This document shows, piece after piece, positions 1 to 11,645 of a DNA stretch of 64,000 bases. The DNA lies in NCBI GenBank assembly GCA_977017645.1, contig OZ360220.1, forward strand, positions 262,136,001-262,200,000, read 5' to 3'. Positions within the stretch are counted from its first letter, which is position 1. Each line of letters begins with the position of its first letter. The notes beneath the pieces are model-generated. The model was not told the DNA's origin. It was given only the letters and a program-made list of their open reading frames with translations, and made no database searches. Source of the DNA: Torpedo marmorata (Eukaryota). A program made the translations under genes and the position numbers.

Positions 1-195
1 GACCGTGCTCCCCCCCAACCATTTTGTTCGGGCGCCTGCCTACATTTGTTTCTTACCATGATGAATGACTCAAGCCTGAAACGTTGGTTATGTATCTTTA
101 TCTTTGCTATATAAAGTACTGTTTGACCAGCTGAGTTTCTCCAGCATTGTGTTTTTACTTCAATCACGTCGTCTGCAGACGTTCGTGTTTTACTC
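1..195 (+). mobile_element. Penelope-like element 3' end / pLTR remnant
   Basis: catgatgaatgactcaagcctgaaacgttgg...ctgagtttctccagcattgtgttttt...tctgcagac; the same tail follows the Penelope RT remnant at 63300-63490. Confidence 0.6.
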
Positions 196-800
196 ATTAT
201 TGGTACTGTTTTAATTATCTATGACCTTCCCATTAACTCTGAAGCCTACTCTGCCATTCAATCACATTACAGCAGATCTGCAGACTTACGTGTTTTACGT
301 TTTCCCTTCCTTCCTTTACCCCCTTCCTCCAAAAAGAAACCTGGCTCCATCTGCCCATTTGTTTTTTCTGCCTTCCTTAATCTGTTTCCACCTATCCCCA
401 GTAGCCTGTTTCTGAACTTTCCTGCTTCCCCACCTTAATGCATTTGCCCATTATCCCCCACCTCACCTCGTTCCACTTATCACCTACCTGCACCAGTGTC
501 AGCCCCTCACCTCTTTATACTGGCTATCTTCCATCTACGTTCTCAGCCCTAATGCAGAAAATTACTGAAGTATGAGATCAAGAACAAGATTTTGAGTCAG
601 TGTTTACAATTTTACATTGGTAATTTTTGGGTGAATCAGGAGATGCACTGCTTGTTAACTAATTTTATAATTCTTAAATATTTTGAAAATGTTGGCTCTC
701 AAATGAACTCACTGTGGAAAATGCAAAATGATGAACAATTATATTGTAAACTGAAATATTTTTGCTTCCATTTTCTACAGGATAATTTACTTTTTCCACA

Positions 801-1443
801 ATGTTTGCTTATGATGACTTAGAGGCTTATGAAGATGAGCTGTATCGTGAGATGTCTTCCAGTGAGGCAGAAATTGATAGTGAAGTGGAGTTCCAGTTAT
901 ACAGTCAAGTGCATTATGCAAACAACATTATTGAAATGAAGAAGGATGGAAAGAGAGACACGGCTCCCATACATCTAGCTACAACTTCAGTTAAAGATAA
1001 TGTAAAGCAGGCAGGAAGAACAAAAAAACAAATGATTTTCTCTGGTAGTAATGTTGAAGCTATTTCAGATGACTCTGTTATTTTGCTGGACTCTGAAAAC
1101 GATGATAGTGTTTATACATGTAAGGATGCTAAACCCTCAGAATGTTACCTTAAACAAAGAAATAATCGATCTATTGGAGAGTCTGCACCAGAATCAGAGA
1201 CTGGTGCAAATCATTCAACACCAAGTGTAAATAGGCTGGCTGAAATGCAGAAGTTATATCAATGGATGAGCAGAAAATGTCCAAAGATCCAAGAGACAAT
1301 AGTGATGATAGAGAATGGAAGTTCAGGAACAGAGGATAATGATGAGATGGAGAATTGGATGGTTCTGGGAAATGAGGAAGAAAAAGATGATGACGACATC
1401 CAGCTCAACATTGTAGGTCGTGAAGCACTGGGGAAGAAAGGAG
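801..1443 (+). CDS. ZCCHC7: ZCCHC7 (AIR1-like zinc-knuckle protein, TRAMP-like cofactor), first coding exon (exon 781-1443)
   Basis: N-terminus MFAYDDLEAYEDELYREMSSSEAEIDSEVEFQLYSQVHYA matches my recollection of the vertebrate ZCCHC7 N-terminus (EAYEDDLYR..SSSE..DSEVEFQLYSQIHYA); ENWMVLG...DDDIQLNIVG is also ZCCHC7-like. Acceptor ttttctacAG|G at 780/781; donor GAG|GTATGA at 1443/1444 (phase 1). The ORF-track extension to 1517 is intronic read-through. Confidence 0.92.
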
Positions 1444-1968
1444 GTATGAACTTTTACAGAATATCAGAATGCACAATTGAATGTGATCATAACAAATATA
1501 TTTGTACGGTAAAATAATAGGGTAACATTTTCATCCTAAGGTGAAGGACAAAGGTAGGTAAACTTTGCTGCCCATTAAGATAATCCAAAGAAAGTTTGTA
1601 ATCATTTATACAAAGAAATCTGTATTAATTGCTGAAATTGCCAGAGCAAAATATTTGCACTGGTGATATTTGAAAAGCAGGCATTTCTAAAGTTGATACT
1701 TCAGATTTTATAAAGTTCAGTAACCACATGAAATATAAAGTCTTTAAAAGATATGCAATGAACAAGAGGATTAGCTGAGGTAACTAATGCATTAATTGTG
1801 GCAATCAGTGGTGAGTTTTCAGAAATATTTTAAAGTCAATTAAGTTGCACAAAGCAATAATGTCCCAACAAACCCAAATAATTGATACCTGGGTATAGAT
1901 AGAATGGATTGAAATATTCAGCCACAGCTTGGCTCAATAATATTATTCTCACGAATGAGCTAGGCGCC

Positions 1969-2765
1969 TGTTGTGTTGAGAGGAGTATCAGGCTCGGTGG
2001 GTTCACAGAGAGACGAGTTTGGACACAAGGGTTAAAATCACACGTAACTTTTATTAACACACACGCACAATTTATAGAAGAGCGTGGGAAAATTGTAACA
2101 GGACTAAAACACATGCACACAATTTATAGAATAGCGTGGGAAACGAACAGGGGAGAACGTTAAACGGTACACAATTACTAATTCACGTAAACGACGATAC
2201 AGACATTCACACACTATAAGCAGGGGCTCTTCACACGCTCCCGGACCCCTGATCAGTGGGAGCGCGGCTCTACTACACACTATAAACAGGGGTTCTACAC
2301 ACACTCCTGGACCCCTGATCAATGGGAGTCCGGCTCTACTACACACTATAAGCAGGGGTTCTACACATGCTTCCGGACCCCTGATCAGTGGGAGGTGCGG
2401 CTCTACTGCAAGTATTGCTACTTTCACAATACTACGGCTCAGCTTCAGTGCACACCTTACCCACGACCCTTCCAAGCGATGGCCACAGTAGCGACCTGGC
2501 ATGGAGCAGTGTCCGGGGCTCAGACCACAAGGCAGAGAGAGAGAATGTGCTGTGCTCTCTTGTTAAATGCAGGGCTAATCTGTGTGTCCAGCCAATAAGG
2601 ACACTAGGTGATTTGAATTAGCCAACGGCAAGGTGTGCACTAATTAGTGACCGGAGCCCAACCTTGACTGACAGGTGATGTGACTTCCGAATAAGTTTCA
2701 GACGGGGAGGACACTTGACCACCCACAATACAGGCAGGGAGGACACGCCTCCTCCACCCACAACA
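1969..2765 (-). mobile_element. Solo LTR (797 bp) with 5-bp TSD
   Basis: Termini TGTTGTG...CACAACA; TSD GCGCC at 1964-1968 and 2766-2770; minus-strand AATAAA near 2050; internal tandem repeats. Confidence 0.85.
2209..2407. repeat. 3 x 66-bp tandem repeat inside the solo LTR
   Basis: Units beginning acacactataa(g/a)cagggg at 2209, 2275 and 2341, each ending ggctctact. Confidence 0.9.
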
Positions 2766-2924
2766 GCGCCAAACCTCATTCTAGGACTTGAGTATACAAC
2801 ACGAAACCAAAGTACTGTAGATGCTAGCAATATTAAAAACAGAAAATGATGGAAATACTCAGTAGTTCTGAACTTGCCCAAGCTGCTGTCCATTCTGTTT
2901 TGAACTAACAGACCTGATTGTTGG

Positions 2925-3600
2925 TTTCAGGGTTCCTTTATTATCATGCACAAAATGTGTTTACTTTTGTTTGCACACAGAGGTGTCTATAGTCTGGCGC
3001 TCCTACCAAGAAGGGAAAAATAAGCAATAGAGACTTTCTTCCGAGTCATCAAGTGTCCGTGGATCCCACCAACTCTTCCAATGCCACAACCTCCTGTGTT
3101 CCCGTAACCTCCATAACCACACGGCCTTTTGTTCAGTTCATCAGTGAATCCAAGTTCTAGGCCCCTGGTTCTGAATCCCTAATATCATTAGGAAGCTGTT
3201 AACGCCAGAGGCCCTTCAGGAGCCCTGCTCATCATCGGCACCCTCACAAATGCCAGTCCATGAGCCAGACTCTGCAGGCAGACCACAGGCTGGTGTGAGT
3301 CCTTTGGCCGCTGAGCCCCACGCTGGTCCGCTGCTGTGGTCTCCTGCCCTGTAGGGTCCTCTTCTTCTCAGCATTGATGTTGTCCCACTCTGGTGCCCTG
3401 CATTTGTCCGCTGCTCCTCTGGAGCCCGCAACCCTCGTGGTCTGGGCTGCCAAGCATAGGCACCATCTTGGGCGCAAGCCTCAGTGGATTTTCATATGTC
3501 CCCAGCTCCGTTCTACAAGTCGTTTAAACCTGTACAGGGCTGTTGGTGTAATGACTGGGCAGTAGGATCCCATAGAGGAGTGCTGGAAGACACAATTCTG
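2925..3600 (-). mobile_element. Old, diverged copy of the GC-rich non-autonomous retroelement (probable 5' remnant at ~4420-4470)
   Basis: Reverse complement of 3460-3585 aligns by eye to 3652-3785 (cagcgctccc..cccagtc; ccaagatgg); minus-strand aataaaggaacc tail near 2930. Confidence 0.6.
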
Positions 3601-3604
3601 GTCA

Positions 3605-4419
3605 CCAGCTGCCACTGGTGCGGACCCGCGAGGAGCGTGGGAGCGGAGATACAGCGCTCCCGTGGGGTCCAGCTGCCCAGTCGACTGCCGTCGGTTCCGC
3701 ACGGGCTTTGAACGGCCCGTTAAAGGAGCCGACGGTGGTTTTATTTGAGATCCCGCGACTGCGGGGTCTGCGTCCAAGATGGCAGCGCCTATTAATCGGC
3801 AGCAGCCACGAGGGGCTGCAGACTCCGGGGAAGCGGGGGACTGGAGCAGAGCACCAGTGGACGGGAAGATCACCCCCGTCTGAGAAGGAGAAGCGGAGGA
3901 GACGACCCACGGGACGGTGAGCACAGCGGCGGACTGGTGAGGGGCTCTGAGGCTGAAGGATCAGTGCTTGCGGCGGGCTGCTGGCGACTCGAGGCGAGGA
4001 ACCCGCGGAGGCTGTGGGCTGCTGGAGACTGCTGTCGGGGGACTCACGACGGTCTGCGGATTGCTGGAGGTTGGCTCGAACTGGCTGGAGGAGTACCAGG
4101 TATCGGAACCGGGATGCGAGGGGGTGCCGAGGGCGACCTGACCGTGTTGGAGGTTCGGATCTGGAGCTCGGGATGCCGATCGTTTGGACTGGACTCTGTG
4201 TGGCTGCGGAAGCGCTGGAGGCGAATCTATGGACACTCGGTGACTCTGGGGGGACTCTCTTTTGCTTCTCTTTCTCTGACTGTAAGGAATGTTAGAGGCG
4301 CTTAGGCAATTTCTGCCGATGGTGAATCTGTCTGCCTTGCAGCAGGCAAAAAGAAATTTCGTGCTATATGACACTGTCTTATTGCTGTGACAATAAATTG
4401 AATCTTGAATCTTGAATCT
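3605..4419 (+). mobile_element. GC-rich non-autonomous non-LTR retroelement, copy A
   Basis: Closely similar to 17424-18162. Contains CAAGATGGC (YY1-like) and ends AATAAA + (TTGAATC)n tail. No recognisable protein domain. Confidence 0.8.
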
Positions 4420-5029
4420 AAATCCGCACCAGTAGTCGTGCTGCTGTTGCTGCAGCAGTACTACCCTTCTCTTCCTTTTTTTGTTTAGGTCAAAAAATAT
4501 ATTGGGGTTGTGGCAGGAACTAAAACATAGGCTTGGTTGATTGCAGTATCAGCATCCAGCTAAGATGATTCATTCTCGAATCAGATAGCTACCATTCCCT
4601 TGTGAAACTCCCATCAATAAGAGGAAACATCTCTGTTGTGGAGCATCCAGCTTAAAATTCATCCTGTCTATAAAGATAGAGTTTATGTATTAGCCAAGAA
4701 GATTCAATGCTAGCATTTCTCTAATGTCATTGCTACTAAAAGTGGATAACTGGAAACTCTCCCCATCTGCTTATTGGCTTGCAGACTGGCTTTGATTAAT
4801 TCACTGGCTTTGGCTAATTTCCAAGCTTGAAAAGCTGAGGAGACTTGAATTTGAGAGTATTGGAAAAGGGATTCTGTATTTGGACAGACAGGACTATTCC
4901 TGACTTTGGTGACACTGAAGATGGAAGAACTTGGGGAGGAGTTCTGTAATGAGCGGCAACTGAGGAGGACATTTTGATAATAGAGAACGGAGAATATTCC
5001 AGCTGGTGAGAGTACAGGCCTTCCCCGAC

Positions 5030-6830
5030 TTCAAATTCAAGTTTATTGTCACAAGTACCTAAGATGCACTGATAGAGGCTAGCAGACCAGTAGATATCTC
5101 ATAAAGAGTACAACAAATAAGACACCGTATAAACGTGCAGAGTAACCGAAAGAGATTAGTTGATACGGAGCAAAGGCAACATAATTTTACCATTTTAATG
5201 TTCATTCTGGAGTCTAATGATGGTGGCAAGAAACTGTGCTTGAATCTGGTGATACTTGATCGCATACTTGTGAATTTTTCTGATGGGAAGGGGTGAAGAG
5301 AATATGGTCAGAGTGGGAGGAGTCGTTTAATGTGTTGGCTGTTTATCCAAAGCAATGGGACTTAGAGATGGAGTATGTGAGATGGCCTGAACCATGTCTT
5401 CAACCCTCTGCAGTTTCTTGCAGTCTTTAGTGGAGTAGTTCCCGTAGCATGCAGTGATGCACTCTGAGAAGATGCTTTCAATGGTGCTCCTGTAGAAGTT
5501 AAAGGATGCAGATGACATGCCAAATTTCCTCAGGCTTCTGAGGAAGTGGAGGTGCTGATGTGTTTTCTTGGCCATTGCATTAACATGGGTGGGTCAGCAC
5601 AAGTCACCGAAGACGTTTACCCCAGGAACTTAAAGCTGTCCACTATCTCCACCTCGACGTCGTTGATACGGACCAGCGAGTGAGCTCTGCCCCTATTCTG
5701 GAAATCTATAAGCAGCTCCTTGCTGTTTCTGACATTGAGGAAGATGTCCTGGCACCAAGACACAAGCCCCTCTATCTCTCTTCTATACTCCACCTCTTTG
5801 TTAGATATCCTGCATATGATGGTAGTATCATTGCAAATTTATAGATGGAGTTGGATCTGTGTTTGCCTATGCAGCCATGGGTGTGTACAGGGAGTATAGT
5901 AGGGACTGCGGTCATTGGTGTTGAGGATGATCATGGAAGAGGTGCTGTCACCAATCCTTGCTGATTGCAGCCTGTGGGATAGAAAATCATGGATCTAATT
6001 GCAAGGAAGCATGCTGAGACTAAGGTTATGTAGCTTGGGATTAGTTTGTTTAGTACGATTGTGTTAAAAGCAGAGCTGTAGTCTGTAAATAGTATTCTGA
6101 TGTACGTGTCCTAATTGTTCAGGTGTTCCACGGCTGAGCATAAAGTCAGGCGATGGCATCTGCTGTGGACCTGTTTCAGTGGAATGTTGGAGTGGGTCAG
6201 GGGTGGCTGGTGGGCTGGAGTTAATGTGAGCTACAACCAACCTCTCAAAACACCATGATGGTGGATGTCAGGGCCACCAGCCGATAGTCAATTAGGCTGT
6301 TATGCCATTCAGCTCTGGGATGATAATGGCTTTCTTGAAGCAGGTGGGTACCAGCCTTTTGGAGAGAGAAATTGAAGATGTCTGAGAATACAGCTGCCAG
6401 TTGGACTGTGCAGACACAGAGGACATGTCCAGGGATTCCGTCTGGACCAGTTTCTTTCTCTGAGTTCAATCTCTGGAAGGCAGATCTGACTTCTGCAGCA
6501 GGGATTGTGGGTGTGGTGCTTGAGGTAGGAGAGATGTATTCCACTGACTCACTGGCCTCCTACTCAAAGTGAACAACGAATACATTGAGCTTGTCTGGGA
6601 GGGATGTGCTGTTTGCTATTCTGCCTGGTTTTGCCTTGTAGCTGGTGATGGCAATATGCCCTGCCAGAAGTGCTTGTAATCTATGAGGGTTGTCTGATAC
6701 TCAAGTCTGGTTTGGTGCTACCTCTTTGCATCTCTGATGGCCTTATGCTTGTACCTGGCTCTCATGTATAAGATTGGGTCTCCTGACCTGTACGCCACAT
6801 TCCTGCCCTTCAGTAGCATCTGAACAAAAT
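5030..6830 (-). mobile_element. Rex1/Babar-type LINE, degenerate RT and 3' end
   Basis: Minus-strand fragments GPDGIPGHVL..QLAAVFSDIFNFSL, DYRLVALTS and QHLHFLRSLRKFGMS..FYRSTIESI..ITACYGN; tail ttcaaattcaagtttattg. Confidence 0.8.
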
Positions 6831-7254
6831 CCCAGAATACTATTAAATGCAGAAGTCTGATGTTCCTACGAGGGACAGACACATTTTATCTCTCTCCATT
6901 TTTAATCATTATTCTTGTCAGTCTTGTATGCCTTTGATGCTGCTCATTACAACGCTGTGGAGATGTGTTTACCCTTTTGAGTGATTTTTATTTTGTGTAT
7001 TTTCTGACTTTAGGATAAAATCAACTTGTGGATGTCTGTAAAAACAGAACCTGTTTATTACCTGGGGACATATAAGCAGCCACAGTGGCACAGCTAAAAA
7101 TGGTTGGACTAATCAGAGAACAATTGGTTGCTGTTGTAGCAGTTGAAAGAAAGTGACAGCAATAATACATGCAAAACACAGACTGCATGTGTACAATTGG
7201 AATTCATCTTCGTGAAGGGTAGACGTCATCAAGAAAACATCTTGGTGTTATTAT

Positions 7255-7534
7255 CAAGTTAAGTTCATTGTCATCTGATTGCACAAATACATCCTGACGA
7301 AACAGCGTTCTCCGGTCCTCGGTGCAAAACACGCAGACACACAACCAGACATAACACACATACAGACAAAAAATACATAAGCAGGACAAGTATTCATATA
7401 TATAAATAAATATTGTTTCATGAATATGAGAGTCTTGGATGGTTAGTGTGAGCAGTTCCTTTGGTCGTTCAGCATTCTCACTGCCCGTGGGAAGAAGCTG
7501 TTCCCCTACCTGGTGGTGCTGGCTCTGATACTCC
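7255..7534 (-). mobile_element. Rex1/Babar-type LINE 3' fragment
   Basis: Tail aagttaagttcattgtc; gggaagaagctgttccc..ctggtggtg; tattatca present on both flanks. Confidence 0.65.
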
Positions 7535-7760
7535 TATTATCAGTGTTTTGCAGAACTGTTTAATTCTAGTGTATCTAAATGTTTCCTGCTGGATTGCAGC
7601 TCAGTTAAACTTGATAACTTCTCTTCATTGATTATTTTTTGGGTTACATGCTGGTAACAGTTTTCCCTATTTTAAAATCAATTTTTCCCTTCTAAAGACT
7701 CCACAAGCCATTGCTACCTAAGCTGACAGCTGCTGAAGGTTAATTATGCAAATTATTAGC

Positions 7761-8975
7761 CAACAGAATCGTACATCACAGAAACAGGCCTTTTGACCCA
7801 CCATGTCCATGCTGATCATCAAGTATATTATAACTAATATGTACTAATCCCACTTTGTCTCTGGTCTTCAATATATTTCAAATCCTTGTCTAGATACTTC
7901 TGAAACTTGAGTGTCTTTGCCTCCACCATCCCCACAAGCAGTGTGTTTCAGATTCAAGCCACCTTTATGCATATTTAAAAAAAATTTCACTGATCCCCAT
8001 CAAATCTCCTGCCACTAACTTTTAACAGATGTGCTCCAGATTTGGTTACCTTTGCTGAGGAGAAAAAAATTCCAGTCAACATCCTGGTGAATCTCTCCTG
8101 TATCCTTTCAAATGCAATCGTGTCCTTCCTAGAATGTAGCAACTCGGATGGGGCATAGTTATCCATCTGTGGCCTAACCAGTGTTTCATAACATTGTGCT
8201 CTTAAGTTCTTTGCCTCAGTTAATGATGGCAGATGTCTTGTATTTCCCATTATACACTTCATCTATCCTTGCTGGGATTTTTTGGGAAACTTTGGACTGC
8301 TACACAAATGACCCTTTGTTTCTCAGTAACACCCTAGGGATTCATCTTCTCTGTCTTGGCCTTGTTAGTTCTCCCAAAATGCATTACCTCAAACTTGTCA
8401 GAATTGTATTCTATCTGCCATTGCTCTGTCAATCACTCTCTGGTCTCTCTGGATGACCACATATTTACAAATTTTGTACACCATCTGCCAGACCTGTGCC
8501 CATTCACAACTTTTCTATATATCTCTGCAGATTCTCTGTGCCCTGTACAGTATACAACAACTTGCTTTTCCACTCAATTTGGGGTCACCAGCAAATTTGA
8601 TCCCTTCCTCCAAATCATTTGCGTATATTGTGAACATTTGTGGGCTCGGTACCGATACCTGTGGCACTCCACTATCCACTGAAATGCTCACTTATCCCAA
8701 TCCTCTGCCTTCTTTTGGTTAACCCATCCTCTATCCACGCTAACACATTGCCCTAAACTCTGTGCATCTTTATGTCTTTTGTACAGCTCCTTATAAAATG
8801 CCTTCTGGAAATCCAAGAATATCACATCTATTTGCTCCTTTCTATCTACTGCACTTGTCATTATCCTCAATGAAATCCAGTAAATCAGTTAAACATGACC
8901 TGGACTTCCTGAATCCATGCTGCGTCTGCATGATGGACGTTAAGATAACTGGCCTATAGTTTATTGACTTTTGTC
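7761..8975 (-). mobile_element. CR1 LINE, degenerate RT/3' fragments
   Basis: DVIFLDFQKAF and YETLVRPQM..ERIQERFTRML on the minus strand. Confidence 0.75.
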
Positions 8976-9660
8976 TTTTTTAAACAGTTGGAACATGACA
9001 TCCCTGCTCCTGTATCCAATGTCCTTATTGTCGCTCCATGAGAGGTCCAAACTATTCCTGTAGTCACGCCTTAGTTTAGTGTGATTGGTGAACTGTAGGC
9101 ACACAAGTAAAACCCAGGAACAATCAGAACGGGGATGAAGGATCTAATGAATGAATAATTAAAAACAAACCAGAAAGGAAAAAGAGGGTAGAGGTGAGGT
9201 AGTGGCTTGGGTTAGAATTGAGGCAGGGTTTATCCTCTCCCTTTGCTTTGGACCATTATTCTTTTCCTTGTTTTAATCTTTCCAGCCATGCTTCATCACA
9301 AACTCACCCGTTCATTTTAGCCTTCCCTTTTCCCTTAATTCTTCCAAGTTCTGATAGGGTCATTGGCCAAAAATGTTATCCTTGTTTCTCACTCTGTCGA
9401 TCCTGCCTGAACTGTTGAGATTTGCTGATGGTTTTGTTTTTTTAAGCTTTCCAGTGTCTGCAGCACTTTTTTTCCTTTGTGGATCCCATCGATAACTTGC
9501 CTTGGCTGGTCAGAAAAATGTCATCCCCAAACAGAAGCTTCCTTCTTGGCAGAAAAGATTAGAACAGTTTACCTGATAGGAGATCAGCTTATGGTAACTG
9601 CTCAGTGCATTGATGACCTTGCTGTATCCTAGCAGTCTCCATTTTTGCCCTGATGGCATG

Positions 9661-9921
9661 GAGCGGCACGGTTGGCATAGCGGTTAGCGCAACGCCTTTA
9701 CAGTGCCAGCGATCAGGACCAGGGTTCGAATCCTGCGCTGTCAGTAAGGAGTTTGTACGTTCTCCCCGTGTCTGCGTGGGTTTTCCCCGGGAGCTCCGGT
9801 TGCTCCCAACCTTCGAAACGTACTGGGGGTTGTAGGTTAATTGGGTGTAATTGGGCGGCACGGGCCCGTGGGCCAAAATGGCCTGTTACCGTGCTGAATA
9901 TTTAAATTTAATTTAAATTTA
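9661..9921 (+). mobile_element. tRNA-derived V-SINE (HE1-like)
   Basis: A box tggcatagcgg, B box gggttcgaatcc, V-domain-like gagtttgtacgttctccccgtgtctgcgtgggtttt, AT-rich tail. Confidence 0.85.
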
Positions 9922-10117
9922 TATGCTGTCTTCATTGCCTTCAACTTGTCTGTGACGGCCTTGTTCTGATTTAGCTTTTTCCTTTCCTCACTTGCTGGGG
10001 TGAACAGCTGATAATGCGCCCAGCGATCAGAGCTTGAAGGTAATGCTGGGAGACGCTATACTCTTCTGAGTTGATGCTGGTATTATGAGAGTACCTTAAA
10101 TCCAAGTACTGTAGTGA

Positions 10118-10310
10118 ACAAAGAGAAGCTGGAGGCACTCAGTGGGTTAGATTGCATCCATTGAGAGAAATTATCAGTCAATGTTTTGTTTCGGGACCCT
10201 TTATCTCAGTCTTGATCAAGGATTCTGACCTGAAATGCTGACTGGCCCACTGAGTCCCTTCAGCTGCTTTGTTTACTCAAGATTACAGCATCTGCAGTTT
10301 TTTGTGTTTC
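10118..10310. mobile_element. Fold-back mini Penelope-derived element with 16-bp TSD
   Basis: TSD ccaagtactg(t/c)agtga at 10102-10117 and 10311-10326; inverted arms aacaaagagaagctggaggcactcagtggg / cccactgagtcccttcagctgctttgtt. Confidence 0.75.
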
Positions 10311-10599
10311 CCAAGTACTGCAGTGATACAAGGGCTGTAGATAATGAGCAAACAGTGGCGACTTGCCAATGATGCACACATCCTTTAACAAATTTATTTT
10401 TAAAAATGTATTCATATGCTTTTACTAGGGTTTGTAGTTTCAAGTTAAATTCTAAATCTACCTGTCTCTAGTCAGAATGTTTCAGTATCCATAGCAGCCC
10501 AGAGTTTGAAGTTAAGGTAACAAAAATCTTTGCTTCTATTTTATATTATTTTCCATTCGTTTGTGGGTTTGTTGGTTTGGAAAAAGCTGTTCTTTGCCA

Positions 10600-11340
10600 T
10601 AAAAATAAAGAAAATGCTGGGAAAGCTCAGCATGTCAGTTGTGTCTATGGAAACTGAAACAGATGCTTTATCAGTATTAGAAATAAAACACAGATTTTGA
10701 ATTGCAATGAGAGAATGGATAGGATGAAGTGAACACCTCTCAGTATGGCAGATATTGTTATGATAAACAGTTGATGATGACAAAGGCATGTGGTTGATGG
10801 ATTAATAAGTATGGTTAGATAGAGAAAACTAACAAAAAGACGTAAAAGTTTTGAAATGCTGGTAATGTACAGCAGATTTGGCACTATCAATGGAGGGAGA
10901 AAATTGAGTTAATAGATAAGATAGTGGAACTGGTCAGTTATGATACATAGGAAGTAAATTACCTGAAATTATTCAATTTGGTATGTCCTAAACGTTGCAA
11001 TTTTCATTAACTCCCTTCCTCCGCCTCTCTTTCCCTCATCCCTTCCTCCAGTTCTCCTGCCCCTTCCCTTCTATCAAAGAGCTGTCTTTCTTACCCCTCA
11101 CTCCCTATCACTTCTCAGCTTCTTTGCCCCTTCCATCTGTACCCACATATTACCATGCTGTGCTCCTCCCCCTCCCCCCCCCTCCCCCTCTATCCTCACC
11201 ACCTTTTTATTTGGTCATTTGTCTGATTTTCGCTACTCCCAAAGAAGGGTTCAGGCCTGAAACCTCCACTGCCTTGTGCTTTCTATGAATGCTGAGCAAC
11301 TGCTGAGTTTCTCCAGCACTTTTGTGTACGGCATCAAGTA
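10600..11340. mobile_element. Penelope pLTR remnants in opposite orientations
   Basis: Minus-strand tail aaatgctgggaaagctcagc at ~10612; plus-strand pyrimidine-rich stretch followed by gaagggttcaggcctgaaac..ctgctgagtttctccagc at 11244-11320. Confidence 0.55.
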
Positions 11341-11645
11341 TTATTGTCTTTTGAGAAGGTAGGATTTGGTAAAAAGTAGTCCTAACTGCTTTGATGCTCA
11401 GGAATTGAATAACCACAAAAGTCAAGTCATAACAAAATGTAATATTTGAGGAACTTTGAAGAGTTCCATACTACACATACTACCTTATTACCTTTGTTTT
11501 GTATTAGAATTCCAAATAACTAATTTGATGTGTGCTCTTTCAATAAAATTATACAGTGAACATACAGGAATTTAGCACAACAGCATTGAATAATTACTGT
11601 GTTACAGCAAATGCACAGATGAAATTTAAAAGAAATACTGAATTA

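Noticed and set aside
1444-1517. C-terminal extension of the 238-aa ORF
   Set aside because: Lies after a good GT donor at 1444 and has no ZCCHC7-like character; intronic read-through.
2209-2407. Regular repeats resembling a CRISPR array
   Set aside because: Whole 66-bp units repeat without unique spacers; no cas genes; located inside a vertebrate LTR.
3614-4433. 11-bp inverted repeat as DNA-transposon TIRs
   Set aside because: Better explained as homologous sequence from two opposed copies of one retroelement; the element has a LINE-like tail.
9661-9745. tRNA gene
   Set aside because: A/B boxes are the head of a multi-copy V-SINE; no complete cloverleaf.
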